Virus record (IMG/VR): IMGVR_UViG_3300005077_001244
Source: a virus
DNA: 64,000 nt
Strand: one strand, 5' to 3'
Every line of letters begins with the position of its first letter. The first letter of the stretch is position 1. Under the pieces are notes generated by a model. It was not told the DNA's origin. It saw nothing but the letters and a program-made list of their open reading frames with translations, and made no database searches. This document shows positions 1 through 8,643 of this stretch, in pieces. A program made the translations under genes and the position numbers.

Positions 1-58
1 ATTTTACAAATGTTTCAACTTCAAAATCCCAAGCTAATATCATCTTTTTATTAAGCAT
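1..58 (-). CDS. 5' end of a gene running off the window edge (MLNKKMILAWDFEVETFVK...)
   Basis: ATG at 58-56 directly after the stop of 61..282; frame open to position 1; too short to assign. Confidence 0.5.
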   Translation of the reverse strand, partial: MLNKKMILAWDFEVETFVK

Positions 59-60
59 AA

Positions 61-282
61 TTATTTTACCTGATTTAAATTGCCTTTTATCATTTCAAGT
101 GCTTTTTTATATTGATTCCCTTTTTCTTTTTCAATAGTTAAATTAGATTGCTTTTTTTTACCTTTTTTAATTTGCTTAATTTTTCTGTTCATCATTTCAA
201 ATTCTTCAATTTCATCATCTTCTAATTCGTTGTGATCAAAATCCATATAAAATCCTGGAAGTTGTTCAACTTTATCTTTCAT
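61..282 (-). CDS. hypothetical protein
   Basis: 73-aa ORF, SD-like GAGG upstream, tiles with neighbours. Confidence 0.6.
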   Translation of the reverse strand: MKDKVEQLPGFYMDFDHNELEDDEIEEFEMMNRKIKQIKKGKKKQSNLTIEKEKGNQYKKALEMIKGNLNQVK

Positions 283-293
283 ATCATCCTCTT

Positions 294-1070
294 TTATTTT
301 ATAAGTTTTTCTATGTAAAAATTTAAACCAATATCTTTTTGATTTAAATTTTCTAATATTTCAATTGATGGTTTTTTTAAACTATTCAAATATTGTGAAA
401 AGTCTTTTATAAATGTGTTTGAATTACTTACTTTATCATTCATAAATTGATTTTCATTTTTTGGAAATAGTAACAAATTATTTTTATTAGTTATAGCATA
501 ATATCCTCTTGAACCAGTTATCCAATGATTAGGATGTCCTAAAGAGTTCATGCTATCATCAAAAGACCATCCTTTCTTTTCTGAAAAACCAAATCTACCT
601 GCTTTAATAATTTCAACTGATATATTATATCTTTCCTTAACTTGATTTTTCATTAATTCAAAAGCATCTTTATCATTATGTGCATCAACACTATTACCAA
701 GACCCTCAATTAAATAAATTTTTGTAATTCTTCTAATATATGAAGAAAATCTATTTTCATCAAGTTCTTCTTGTATAACTCTTTTCATACTTAAACCACT
801 TATACTTATTAATTTATTTAACCAAACTCTATTATTTTTAATTTCTTCAACAAGTTCTTCAAATCCAACAATACTACCTCTTGCAGAAAGGAATAGATTA
901 TCTCCATCAGTTGCCCAATAGCCACCAATTTCTATACCAGACGGATGTGAGGATGATATACCAGTACAATGAAATATATTGTTAGTTATCCAGAATCTAC
1001 CATATTTAGTATATTCTTTGGGAAGGTTTTTTTCTTTATTTATATCGGGGAGTCTTTTAATTATTATCAT
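294..1070 (-). CDS. hypothetical protein
   Basis: 258-aa ORF, no motif recognised. Confidence 0.75.
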   Translation of the reverse strand: MIIIKRLPDINKEKNLPKEYTKYGRFWITNNIFHCTGISSSHPSGIEIGGYWATDGDNLFLSARGSIVGFEELVEEIKNNRVWLNKLISISGLSMKRVIQEELDENRFSSYIRRITKIYLIEGLGNSVDAHNDKDAFELMKNQVKERYNISVEIIKAGRFGFSEKKGWSFDDSMNSLGHPNHWITGSRGYYAITNKNNLLLFPKNENQFMNDKVSNSNTFIKDFSQYLNSLKKPSIEILENLNQKDIGLNFYIEKLIK

Positions 1071-1103
1071 TTTTAAAATTTTTATAAAGTAATATCTTTG
1101 TTT

Positions 1104-1301
1104 TCACCTTTTTTTCTTTTTTTTTATTTTCCCTTTCTCATTGTATATTTCATCATCTATTTCTTCATTATCATTTTTATCATAACTATCAATATTTTTA
1201 CCTTTGTTGATTTCAACGTCTTTATCGCTTTCTTTATATTTATCTTTTATATTTTTATTTTCTTCATAAACTTTTTGCAAATAATCATTAAACATACTCA
1301 T
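1104..1301 (-). CDS. small charged hypothetical protein, possible internal head protein
   Basis: 65 aa; N-terminus MFNDYLQKVYEE resembles that of 1619..2038. Confidence 0.55.
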   Translation of the reverse strand: MSMFNDYLQKVYEENKNIKDKYKESDKDVEINKGKNIDSYDKNDNEEIDDEIYNEKGKIKKKKKR

Positions 1302-1647
1302 AATTTTTACCTTCTAAAATCTTTTTATCTTTTTTTCTTTGATTTATCATATCTTCTTTACTTTTATATTTTTGTATATTTCTAATTTTTTTATATTCAA
1401 TTATTGAAATTTCTTCCCCATAAACATCATCATTAAAATCTAAAATATGACATTCAATTAAATCACTATTTTCTTTAGATATAATTATTGCTTTATATAT
1501 TATGGATCTTATCTTAATTAATCCATAATATACTCCATTTAAATTATTTTTAATTTTGATGTTTATTGTTGGGAAATCAACTTTTCTGCCTTGTTTGAAC
1601 CCATGTATTACTTTTGATTTAATATTTATCATTTTCAAACCTTTCAA
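1288..1647 (-). CDS. stand-alone riboflavin kinase domain (RibF C-terminal type)
   Basis: VIHGFKQGRKVDFPTINI (GxxxGRxLGFPTAN motif), GVYYG, ECHILDFNDDVYG (ExHxxDFxxDxYG). Confidence 0.85.
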   Translation of the reverse strand: MKGLKMINIKSKVIHGFKQGRKVDFPTINIKIKNNLNGVYYGLIKIRSIIYKAIIISKENSDLIECHILDFNDDVYGEEISIIEYKKIRNIQKYKSKEDMINQRKKDKKILEGKNYEYV

Positions 1648-2038
1648 TTTTCCGTTTTGTTTCCTTTAATTTCATTAATCTATTTTTAACAGCAGCATAA
1701 AAGTTTGGTTGTAAAGCCTTTAAATCATTTTTAAATTCATCTACACTTATAGTTATAGGAGTTCCTAATTTAAACTTAGGACAATTTGTTATATCTCCAC
1801 CTATAACATCATTATTATCAATATATTTAGCAGATAAAGTGAGGCTATTAAATTTAACATAATTTTTTAAACAAAAATGATACACTTCTTCAACAGTATA
1901 ATCACTATAACCTTCCAAATCTACTAAAAGATATTTGCATTTACTACAATGTGTATTATTTTCTTGTTGTTCACCCATAACTTCTTCATTATAAACTTTA
2001 CCTAAGTATTTTGTAAGTATACTTTCTTTACTTTTCAT
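1619..2038 (-). CDS. hypothetical protein with Cys motifs
   Basis: 139 aa; CSKCKY...C...C. Confidence 0.7.
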   Translation of the reverse strand: MKSKESILTKYLGKVYNEEVMGEQQENNTHCSKCKYLLVDLEGYSDYTVEEVYHFCLKNYVKFNSLTLSAKYIDNNDVIGGDITNCPKFKLGTPITISVDEFKNDLKALQPNFYAAVKNRLMKLKETKRKIERFENDKY

Positions 2039-2057
2039 TTTTTTTTATCCTCTTTCT

Positions 2058-2093
2058 ATATATTATTGTAATATAAATATTACAATAATATAT
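2058..2093. repeat. perfect 17-bp inverted repeat with 2-nt spacer
   Basis: atatattattgtaatat-aa-atattacaataatatat, checked base by base. Confidence 0.9.
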
Positions 2094-2138
2094 TCCATTA
2101 ATACATATATATATTTTTTTTTTTACTAAATATGAAAT

Positions 2139-2921
2139 TTACACGCACATTGAATATACATATGATTTCCAATCTTCTTTGAATGTAATTTTTTCTTTAT
2201 CATCAACAATTTTCTTTTGGACACAAGAGCCAAGCCACATACAGCAATCTTCAAAAACTCTAAAATCAAAATGTTTTAATTGATTTTTTTCAACTATTTC
2301 ATCTTTTATAAAATTATATACTTTTTCTTTCCATTTTAAAGGCATATCATGTGGTGGTGCTTCTTCAAGATTCATACCAACCCAATTAAATATTTCTTTA
2401 GATGTTGCAAGTATTTCTATTGGACTTGTTCTACTTAATATACCTTTATCAATTTTTGATCTTTGAATATTAGTTATTATTATTATTTTACTTGTAAAAT
2501 CCATTTTAGGCCTATAAAAACTTTTGCCTTTAACAATTTTGTTTGCTGCGTAAGAAACTCTTCTAACAACTTCATTAGTGGTAGCTGCTCTAAGAATTTC
2601 TCTACATTCTTTATCTGTAATTATAACATTAACGTCATCAAGTAAAATAATCTTATCAGGATTATTATTATCAGCTAAAGTTGTATAAAAAGAAACTGCA
2701 TCTTTAATCCCACCTGAAACTAATTCATAAGAAAGATTCTTACCTTCTCCTCTAAGAAATTCAATTTCATTTTTGATTTCTTCAAGAACTGCAAAACTTT
2801 TTCCGATTCCTGGATTACCCGTGACTAAGCGAGAAATTTTATATCCTCTTGTAACCGCACGAACACTCATACGAACCATTTCAATTTTTTTATCAAGTGT
2901 TAATGTATATTGACTATTCAT
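2139..2921 (-). CDS. AAA-type P-loop ATPase
   Basis: Walker A GNPGIGKS, Walker B IILLDD, SKIIIITN, SRT. Confidence 0.85.
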   Translation of the reverse strand: MNSQYTLTLDKKIEMVRMSVRAVTRGYKISRLVTGNPGIGKSFAVLEEIKNEIEFLRGEGKNLSYELVSGGIKDAVSFYTTLADNNNPDKIILLDDVNVIITDKECREILRAATTNEVVRRVSYAANKIVKGKSFYRPKMDFTSKIIIITNIQRSKIDKGILSRTSPIEILATSKEIFNWVGMNLEEAPPHDMPLKWKEKVYNFIKDEIVEKNQLKHFDFRVFEDCCMWLGSCVQKKIVDDKEKITFKEDWKSYVYSMCV

Positions 2922-3067
2922 TTTTAATTAATATCCTTCTCTTCAGTAATCATAAAATATCCATAATCTTGATATATTTCATCAGAATATTTTTCACCCT
3001 CTAATATTTCAATTCTTACCATACCATCATATACAGATACCATAAATTTTTGTTCATATAGTTCATA

Positions 3068-3319
3068 TTATTTACTTATCCATCTATAATTACATGTAGG
3101 GCAATGATAACTGAAAATATTTCCTTCTAATGCAATATTAATATCATTATTATCACATTTTGGACACATTGGATGTGTATCAATATAATTTCTAAGAATT
3201 ATATTAACTAATGTATCAACATCTATACCACGTTTTTCTGATTCATCTTTTAAAAACTGAATTACATCATCTTCTAAATCAAGTTGAACTTCTACAAATT
3301 CTTCCATATCATCCCCCAA
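3068..3319 (-). CDS. ribbon-helix-helix-like protein with C-terminal Zn ribbon
   Basis: VQLDLEDDVIQFLKDESEKRGIDVDTLVNIIL followed by CPKC...CPTC. Confidence 0.6.
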   Translation of the reverse strand: MGDDMEEFVEVQLDLEDDVIQFLKDESEKRGIDVDTLVNIILRNYIDTHPMCPKCDNNDINIALEGNIFSYHCPTCNYRWISK

Positions 3320-4076
3320 TTCTTTTGTTTGCTATTTCAACATATTCTTCACTAATCTCTGAACCTATAAAATTTCTACCTAAATCTATACAAACTTTAG
3401 CAGTAGTCCCACTACCCATAAATGGATCAAATACTAAATCATCTACATTACTCCATGAACTTATTTGATCTTTTGCAAGTTCTTCACAAAAGGGTGCAGG
3501 ATGTCCTGTCTTTTCTTTTCCTAATGTATATGAAAAAATATTAGGATGGATCTTAACATTTTTAGTTGCTTTGTAGTAAGTTTCATCAGATCTCATAGAT
3601 TGATTAGAGTCAATTTTCTTTCTTCTTTCTAATCCATACTTTTCAACTTTACCTGCATTTTTGCAAGGTATCATTATTGGATTAAATGTTTTTGGTTTAC
3701 CTTTACTTAATACAAACATATATTCAAATGATTGTTCATATCTTCTATGAGTTAATGGAACATAATTAATTTTTTGATATATCATTGTGTCATATAAATT
3801 AAAACCAATTTCTTTAAAATAGAGTGCTTGTCTGAAAGATGTTCCGCTTTCAGAACCATTTTTAGTTTGATCTCCTACTACCCAAACCATTACTCCATTA
3901 TATTTAAGAACTCTGTATAATTCTTTTGCTATTCTTTCAAATTCAAAAGAATAACCATTATATGTTCTAAGCCCATCATAAGGTGGACTTGTGAGTATAA
4001 AATCTATATAGTTATCAGGAAATTGTAACATTAAATCTAAACAATTACAAGTATAAATTTTATTAATTTCAATCAT
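3309..4076 (-). CDS. N4-cytosine/N6-adenine DNA methyltransferase (beta class)
   Basis: TSPPY catalytic motif precedes the FDPFMGSGTT SAM-binding motif; HPAPF. Confidence 0.93.
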   Translation of the reverse strand: MIEINKIYTCNCLDLMLQFPDNYIDFILTSPPYDGLRTYNGYSFEFERIAKELYRVLKYNGVMVWVVGDQTKNGSESGTSFRQALYFKEIGFNLYDTMIYQKINYVPLTHRRYEQSFEYMFVLSKGKPKTFNPIMIPCKNAGKVEKYGLERRKKIDSNQSMRSDETYYKATKNVKIHPNIFSYTLGKEKTGHPAPFCEELAKDQISSWSNVDDLVFDPFMGSGTTAKVCIDLGRNFIGSEISEEYVEIANKRIGG

Positions 4077-4471
4077 ATTGTAAATCTCTTAATTACGTCA
4101 ATAAACTCATCATTTTCTTTAAGATCTTTTGCTTCAATTTCAAGTTCTTTTTTATTTCTAATTACTTTTATTATATCTTGTGATATAAATTCTTTTTTAT
4201 TATTTTTATCATCATATATAATAATTTTATTACTTAATTTACCAAGTGATAAGAAGCGTTCAAATGGCATATCACCCCATCTTTTATCAAGAGGATTAAT
4301 TCTATGAATACCGAGTATATGTGCAATTAATGATGAAGATCCAGAATTATGAACTATTAATTTTTCAATATTATATGAATTATCATCTTCAACATTTAAA
4401 TCATAAACAATTTTAGATTTATTTATAATTGAATCTTTTTTTATTATTTGTGTTAATTTCAATTCTTGCAT
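4073..4471 (-). CDS. dnaE: split DnaE middle fragment: IntC (aa 1-42) + 90-aa DnaE extein
   Basis: VYDLNV...IVHN then SGSSSLIAHILGI...NPL...MPFERFL, matching the DnaE SAAGSLVAYxLGIT..DP...FERFL motif. Confidence 0.9.
   Translation of the reverse strand: MQELKLTQIIKKDSIINKSKIVYDLNVEDDNSYNIEKLIVHNSGSSSLIAHILGIHRINPLDKRWGDMPFERFLSLGKLSNKIIIYDDKNNKKEFISQDIIKVIRNKKELEIEAKDLKENDEFIDVIKRFTI
4346..4471 (-). mobile_element. split intein C-fragment (42 aa) of dnaE
   Basis: block F VYDLNV, block G VHN, +1 residue Ser. Confidence 0.9.
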
Positions 4472-5190
4472 AATTTGTACTCTTTTAATATTTTATAAAG
4501 TGGTTTTTGAGAAATTTTTAATGTTTCTTTTATATTTTTTATTGTTGATTTTTCATTATACATTTTTAAAATAATTTCTTCAAGCTTTAATCTTTTTAAA
4601 TAATTTAAAAAATATGGATTATTAATAGATATACCATTTATTTTTATAGGTTTAATAATTCTTTCAATAATCTTTCTGCTTACAAAGAATTTTTTTGCAA
4701 TTTCTCTTGAAGTTTTACCTTCAAATCTCATTAAAATAATATTATCTAAATCATTATTAGAAAACTTTTTTTTGTTTATTGGGCCATTATTTTCTTTTAA
4801 CCACGCAAACATTGGAATTAAATTTCTATTTTTTTGTTCTTTTCCATATTTTGATAGTTTTATTTTAGTTTTTAAATTATGTTTCCCACCACCATTTCCT
4901 CCATTATTTAAATTATAACCATATAATTTATCATTTGATTTAAAAAATAATATACATTCTTTTTCACAATTATCTAATTCATCTTGTGAATTACAATATC
5001 CAATAACTCTCCATTTAAAATACTTTTCATGTTTTGAATATGAATTTGTAAAATAAGTTTTATATTTAAGATACTTTTTCTTTTTATGGTTTTTTATTCT
5101 TTTTTCGAGCGTTGTTTTAGTTTGCCCAATATATCTTTTATTAGAAAGAGTATTATAAGCTTCATAAATCAATCCATAATAATCATTCAT
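4459..5190 (-). CDS. free-standing GIY-YIG homing endonuclease
   Basis: GLIYEAYNTLSNKRYIGQT, conserved R, E (NCEKECI) and GYNLNNGG; C-terminal HTH-like region. Confidence 0.9.
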   Translation of the reverse strand: MNDYYGLIYEAYNTLSNKRYIGQTKTTLEKRIKNHKKKKYLKYKTYFTNSYSKHEKYFKWRVIGYCNSQDELDNCEKECILFFKSNDKLYGYNLNNGGNGGGKHNLKTKIKLSKYGKEQKNRNLIPMFAWLKENNGPINKKKFSNNDLDNIILMRFEGKTSREIAKKFFVSRKIIERIIKPIKINGISINNPYFLNYLKRLKLEEIILKMYNEKSTIKNIKETLKISQKPLYKILKEYKLCKN

Positions 5191-5488
5191 AATATGCTAT
5201 AAAATCTCCTTCTTCAAGAAATTTTGATTCAATCCATTTTGGTATTCTTATTCCATTTTCATATTCTTTCTTTTTTATTGCAAATATTTTATGGTTATGA
5301 GTTACACCTTCAATATTCTTATTTGAATCTGTTTTAAAACATAATAAAGTTTCATCACAATCATATTTATATGTATTTAATACTTTTTTAAATTTATTTG
5401 TATGTGTTTTAACTATATCACCAATTTTTATATCACATAATTTAACATATCCTTTATTTGTATAAATTTTTACATCACCATTAAAACA
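5183..5488 (-). mobile_element. split intein N-fragment (101 aa) of dnaE
   Basis: block A CFNGDVKIYT, IKIGD, block B GVTHNHKIF, ends LEEGDFI then stop. Confidence 0.9.
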
Positions 5489-6793
5489 TCCTCTACCAGC
5501 ACCTGTTGGTATATTGTTATTTTTTGCATATTCAATAAAATCTGCAAGAATAAGAAAATATGTTGAGAATCCATTAATTTTAATTACATTTAATTCATAT
5601 TTAGCACGTTCAATATATTTTCTTTTTTTAGAAAACCCATAATCTATTAATCCTTGTTTTACTTTTTCGGTTAAAACTTTGTCTGCATTTTCTATGGTTG
5701 GAAGTTTTATATTTGTATCAAGTTCTATATTTTCTATTTTATCATAAATTTCATAATTACCTTTAAATACATCATTAATAAATGGAATTAATTCTTTATG
5801 ATTAATTTTAATATATTCTTTTAATTCTGATTCAGACATATAAAAAGCATCACCAGAAAATTCCCATACTCTTTTAACTTCTTTAATATCAATAACAACA
5901 TCTTTTTTAAAAGTATCACCAATTTTAACATCTTTAGCTAAAAAGCCTTTTCTAAATTCTTTATCAGGTTCAACTTTTTTATATTTAATTTCACCCTTAT
6001 TATTTTCAAATGTAATACCAATATCACTTTTACCAATATCACTTCTAATATTTTTATTTTGTAATAATAATAAATCTTGATGTGCTATTTGAGATTCTTT
6101 ATCAAGGTAATGAGAATCCATACCAATTATCATTGGTATATTAAGTTTTTTTGCAATTTTAATTAATTCTTTATTAGCAGTTATTTGTTCAGGTATTCTA
6201 TTTGCTTGAACTTCTATATAAAAATCATCACCAAATTGTTCTTTCATATTTATTGAATATTTTATTGCTGATTCAATATCATTATTTAATATATATCTGT
6301 TAAGTGTACCACCAAGACATGCAGAAGTAACAATTATTCCATTTTTATATTTAAATAATTCATCATAGGTTATAGTTGGTTTTGTATAAAACCCATTAAG
6401 ATAACCTGAGTTAGCTAATTCAATTATATTGTGAAATCCTGTTTGATTTTTTGCTATTAAAACAATATGGTCATGTTTTTTTATATGATCTCTTTCAAGT
6501 TGAAGTTTTTTCTTTTCATCTTTATCAATATCAGAATCACCTAAAGAATTAATTACTTTAACAATTTCAAGTAATCTATCTCTATGTTGATTTATATATG
6601 CTTCAATGCCAAAGATAGGTTTTATATTATTTTTTTTGCAAATGTTATAAAGTTGAATCCATCCTGCTATACTTCCATGATCGCAGATGGAAAACGATTC
6701 ATTGGATTTAATTGCTTCTGATACTATGTCTTCAATTTTTAGCATAGCATCTCTGGCACTCATGATACTATGAATATGATGTCTAACAAACAT
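5183..6793 (-). CDS. dnaE: split DnaE (Pol III alpha) N-fragment: PHP domain + IntN
   Basis: HHIHSIMS..DA, CDHG, KPIFGIEAY, HIVLIAKN, SACLGG, DSHY, YFLILADF, TGAGRG, then intein start CFNGD. Confidence 0.93.
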   Translation of the reverse strand: MFVRHHIHSIMSARDAMLKIEDIVSEAIKSNESFSICDHGSIAGWIQLYNICKKNNIKPIFGIEAYINQHRDRLLEIVKVINSLGDSDIDKDEKKKLQLERDHIKKHDHIVLIAKNQTGFHNIIELANSGYLNGFYTKPTITYDELFKYKNGIIVTSACLGGTLNRYILNNDIESAIKYSINMKEQFGDDFYIEVQANRIPEQITANKELIKIAKKLNIPMIIGMDSHYLDKESQIAHQDLLLLQNKNIRSDIGKSDIGITFENNKGEIKYKKVEPDKEFRKGFLAKDVKIGDTFKKDVVIDIKEVKRVWEFSGDAFYMSESELKEYIKINHKELIPFINDVFKGNYEIYDKIENIELDTNIKLPTIENADKVLTEKVKQGLIDYGFSKKRKYIERAKYELNVIKINGFSTYFLILADFIEYAKNNNIPTGAGRGCFNGDVKIYTNKGYVKLCDIKIGDIVKTHTNKFKKVLNTYKYDCDETLLCFKTDSNKNIEGVTHNHKIFAIKKKEYENGIRIPKWIESKFLEEGDFIAYYE

Positions 6794-6822
6794 TTTGTAA
6801 TCTCCGTTGTAAGTTATATTTT

Positions 6823-6831
6823 TATTATATA
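6823..6831 (-). promoter_or_regulatory. TATATAATA -10-like motif upstream of dnaE-N
   Basis: recurrent motif, 29 nt before ATG. Confidence 0.5.
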
Positions 6832-6850
6832 TTTTTGAAAATATTTTTGT

Positions 6851-7111
6851 TTAAAATTTTTTATTAATATAAAAATCTTCTGGTAAATTAGTTATTTCAA
6901 TTTTTATATTTTTTGCTTGTGTTTGTATATAGTCTTTAAAATAATTTAAAAATCCACTAAATAAAGGTGGGAATGTTTTTACATCTTGAAAATCAAATTT
7001 AATTAATTCATAATCTTCATTAACACATTTTTCAAATATATCAAATCCTGTTGATAGTGGGTTTTTAAATATTTTATCATCTTCTTTCAATTGTATATTT
7101 AATATTTTCAT
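6851..7111 (-). CDS. hypothetical protein, possibly STAS-like (DUF4325-type)
   Basis: IKFDFQDVKTF resembles the STAS 'hDhxxV' strand; adjacent to a clear STAS gene. Confidence 0.35.
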   Translation of the reverse strand: MKILNIQLKEDDKIFKNPLSTGFDIFEKCVNEDYELIKFDFQDVKTFPPLFSGFLNYFKDYIQTQAKNIKIEITNLPEDFYINKKF

Positions 7112-7499
7112 CTTTCTTCTCTTTAATAAAATTTATGCAATCTTCTAAAGAAGATCCAAAATATAAATTTGGTATTGGAATTGAATCCATATTTGTTAAT
7201 CTTAATAATTTATTAACTCCTTTTGTTGTGTTAAAACAACATATTAATTTATTATTATTTTTAGCATAAGAAACTAAAGATAATAATAAACCTACACCTG
7301 TTGAATCTATAGAATGAACATTTTGTAAATTTATAATAAAATCTAATTTTATATTTTTATTAATAAAATTTTTGTTTAAACTTTCATTTAAAGCACTAAC
7401 ATTATCAAATGAAATTTTTTCTGCAATTATTTTTAACAATATAACATTATCTAAAATAGTTTCAGTAATACAAGTTTCCATAGCTCTGCCACATCTCAT
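7077..7499 (-). CDS. STAS-domain anti-sigma factor antagonist (SpoIIAA/RsbV-like)
   Basis: IINLQNVHSIDSTGVGLLL with conserved DS(S/T)G phospho-site; VNKLLRLTNM. Confidence 0.85.
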   Translation of the reverse strand: MRCGRAMETCITETILDNVILLKIIAEKISFDNVSALNESLNKNFINKNIKLDFIINLQNVHSIDSTGVGLLLSLVSYAKNNNKLICCFNTTKGVNKLLRLTNMDSIPIPNLYFGSSLEDCINFIKEKKDENIKYTIERR

Positions 7500-7547
7500 G
7501 TTTACCCCCTAAATATTTATATAATCAATATTTAGGGAATAAATTAC

Positions 7548-7985
7548 TTATTTTTTTCCAGTAGACCCATGCCCACCACGATCTTTATTTTTTAATTCTT
7601 TAACTTCTTTAAATTTAATATGAGGCATTTTTTCAATAATTCTAAACTGACATATTCTATCATTTTTTTCGATCTTTGTATCTCTCATTGCAATAGCAGG
7701 AAAAAACCATTGATCATTATCTCCACAATAAGAATTATCAATAACTCCCATACTATTTGTTTGAATGATACCAAAATTTTTAAATGTTGAACTGCGGGGA
7801 ACTACATGTGCTTCATAATTTTCAGGTAATTGCATTGCAACCCCAAGAGGAATAAGTTTAAATTCAAATTGTTTTAGTTCTATTGTTTCTGCTGATCTTA
7901 AATCAATCCAATCACCGATTTGAATCTTTTCAAGTTTTTCTAATTCTTCATCAAAATACTTTATACTAATAATATGAATAGACAT
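7548..7985 (-). CDS. dut: trimeric dUTPase
   Basis: [29 protein letters not shown]. Confidence 0.93.
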   Translation of the reverse strand: MSIHIISIKYFDEELEKLEKIQIGDWIDLRSAETIELKQFEFKLIPLGVAMQLPENYEAHVVPRSSTFKNFGIIQTNSMGVIDNSYCGDNDQWFFPAIAMRDTKIEKNDRICQFRIIEKMPHIKFKEVKELKNKDRGGHGSTGKK

Positions 7986-8039
7986 AAAAACTCCTTAATA
8001 TAATTTTGCTTAAATTATTATATTTAGAAAGTTTTTAAT

Positions 8040-8570
8040 TTATCTAAATAATCTTAATTTTTTTCCTACTGCTCTACCAATTGCTTTATGTGCAATTTTT
8101 TCAGTAGTTGTCATCCTAACTCTTATATATTTATTACCAATCTTAACTCTTTTAAATCCTTTTTTTGGTTGAACAGATTTAAAATTAGTACCACGTCTTG
8201 CAAGTCTTCTTTGTTTTTTTTGCATCCTTTTTTCTTGTCTTGTTTGTTTATGCGGGTTAACACTAATTTCGTTGTAAACATCTTCCATAAATTCATCAGC
8301 ATTTAATATTATTGTATCATCTTCCCAATCATTTAATTCATCATCATAAATATCTTCAATAACATCAAAATCTGTTAAATCTTTTTCTATATCATAATTA
8401 ACTTCTATATTCCCATTATTACAATCAGGGCATGGAATATTTTGATTACCTGAACATGTTGGGCATACATTATTTAAAAAATCTACACCTCTTCCATTAC
8501 ATTCAGGACAATTAATATTACCACTTCCACCACATGACATACATGGTATTACGTCTAAAAATTTTTTCAT
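8040..8570 (-). CDS. DnaJ-type CxxCxGxG zinc finger fused to acidic and basic regions
   Basis: CMSCGGSG, CPECNGRG, CPTCSGNQ, CPDCNNG; no J-domain HPD motif. Confidence 0.75.
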   Translation of the reverse strand: MKKFLDVIPCMSCGGSGNINCPECNGRGVDFLNNVCPTCSGNQNIPCPDCNNGNIEVNYDIEKDLTDFDVIEDIYDDELNDWEDDTIILNADEFMEDVYNEISVNPHKQTRQEKRMQKKQRRLARRGTNFKSVQPKKGFKRVKIGNKYIRVRMTTTEKIAHKAIGRAVGKKLRLFR

Positions 8571-8583
8571 TTTATATATCCTT

Positions 8584-8620
8584 AAAAAAAATAAACTCTG
8601 ATATTATATTCAGAGTTTAT
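8584..8620 (-). terminator. intrinsic terminator after the MoxR gene
   Basis: 11-bp stem 8591-8601/8610-8620 followed by a T-run on the minus strand; the loop contains TATAAT. Confidence 0.75.
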
Positions 8621-8643
8621 CTTAAATTATATATTTTTTTTAT

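Noticed and set aside
4073-4250. Tail of the dnaE middle fragment (SLGKLSNKIII...AKDLKEND) as a second IntN
   Set aside because: No proper block A spacing and no TxxH. A similar AKDVKIGD beta insert lies inside the PHP region of DnaE-N, so it is more likely an insertion domain. Not fully excluded.
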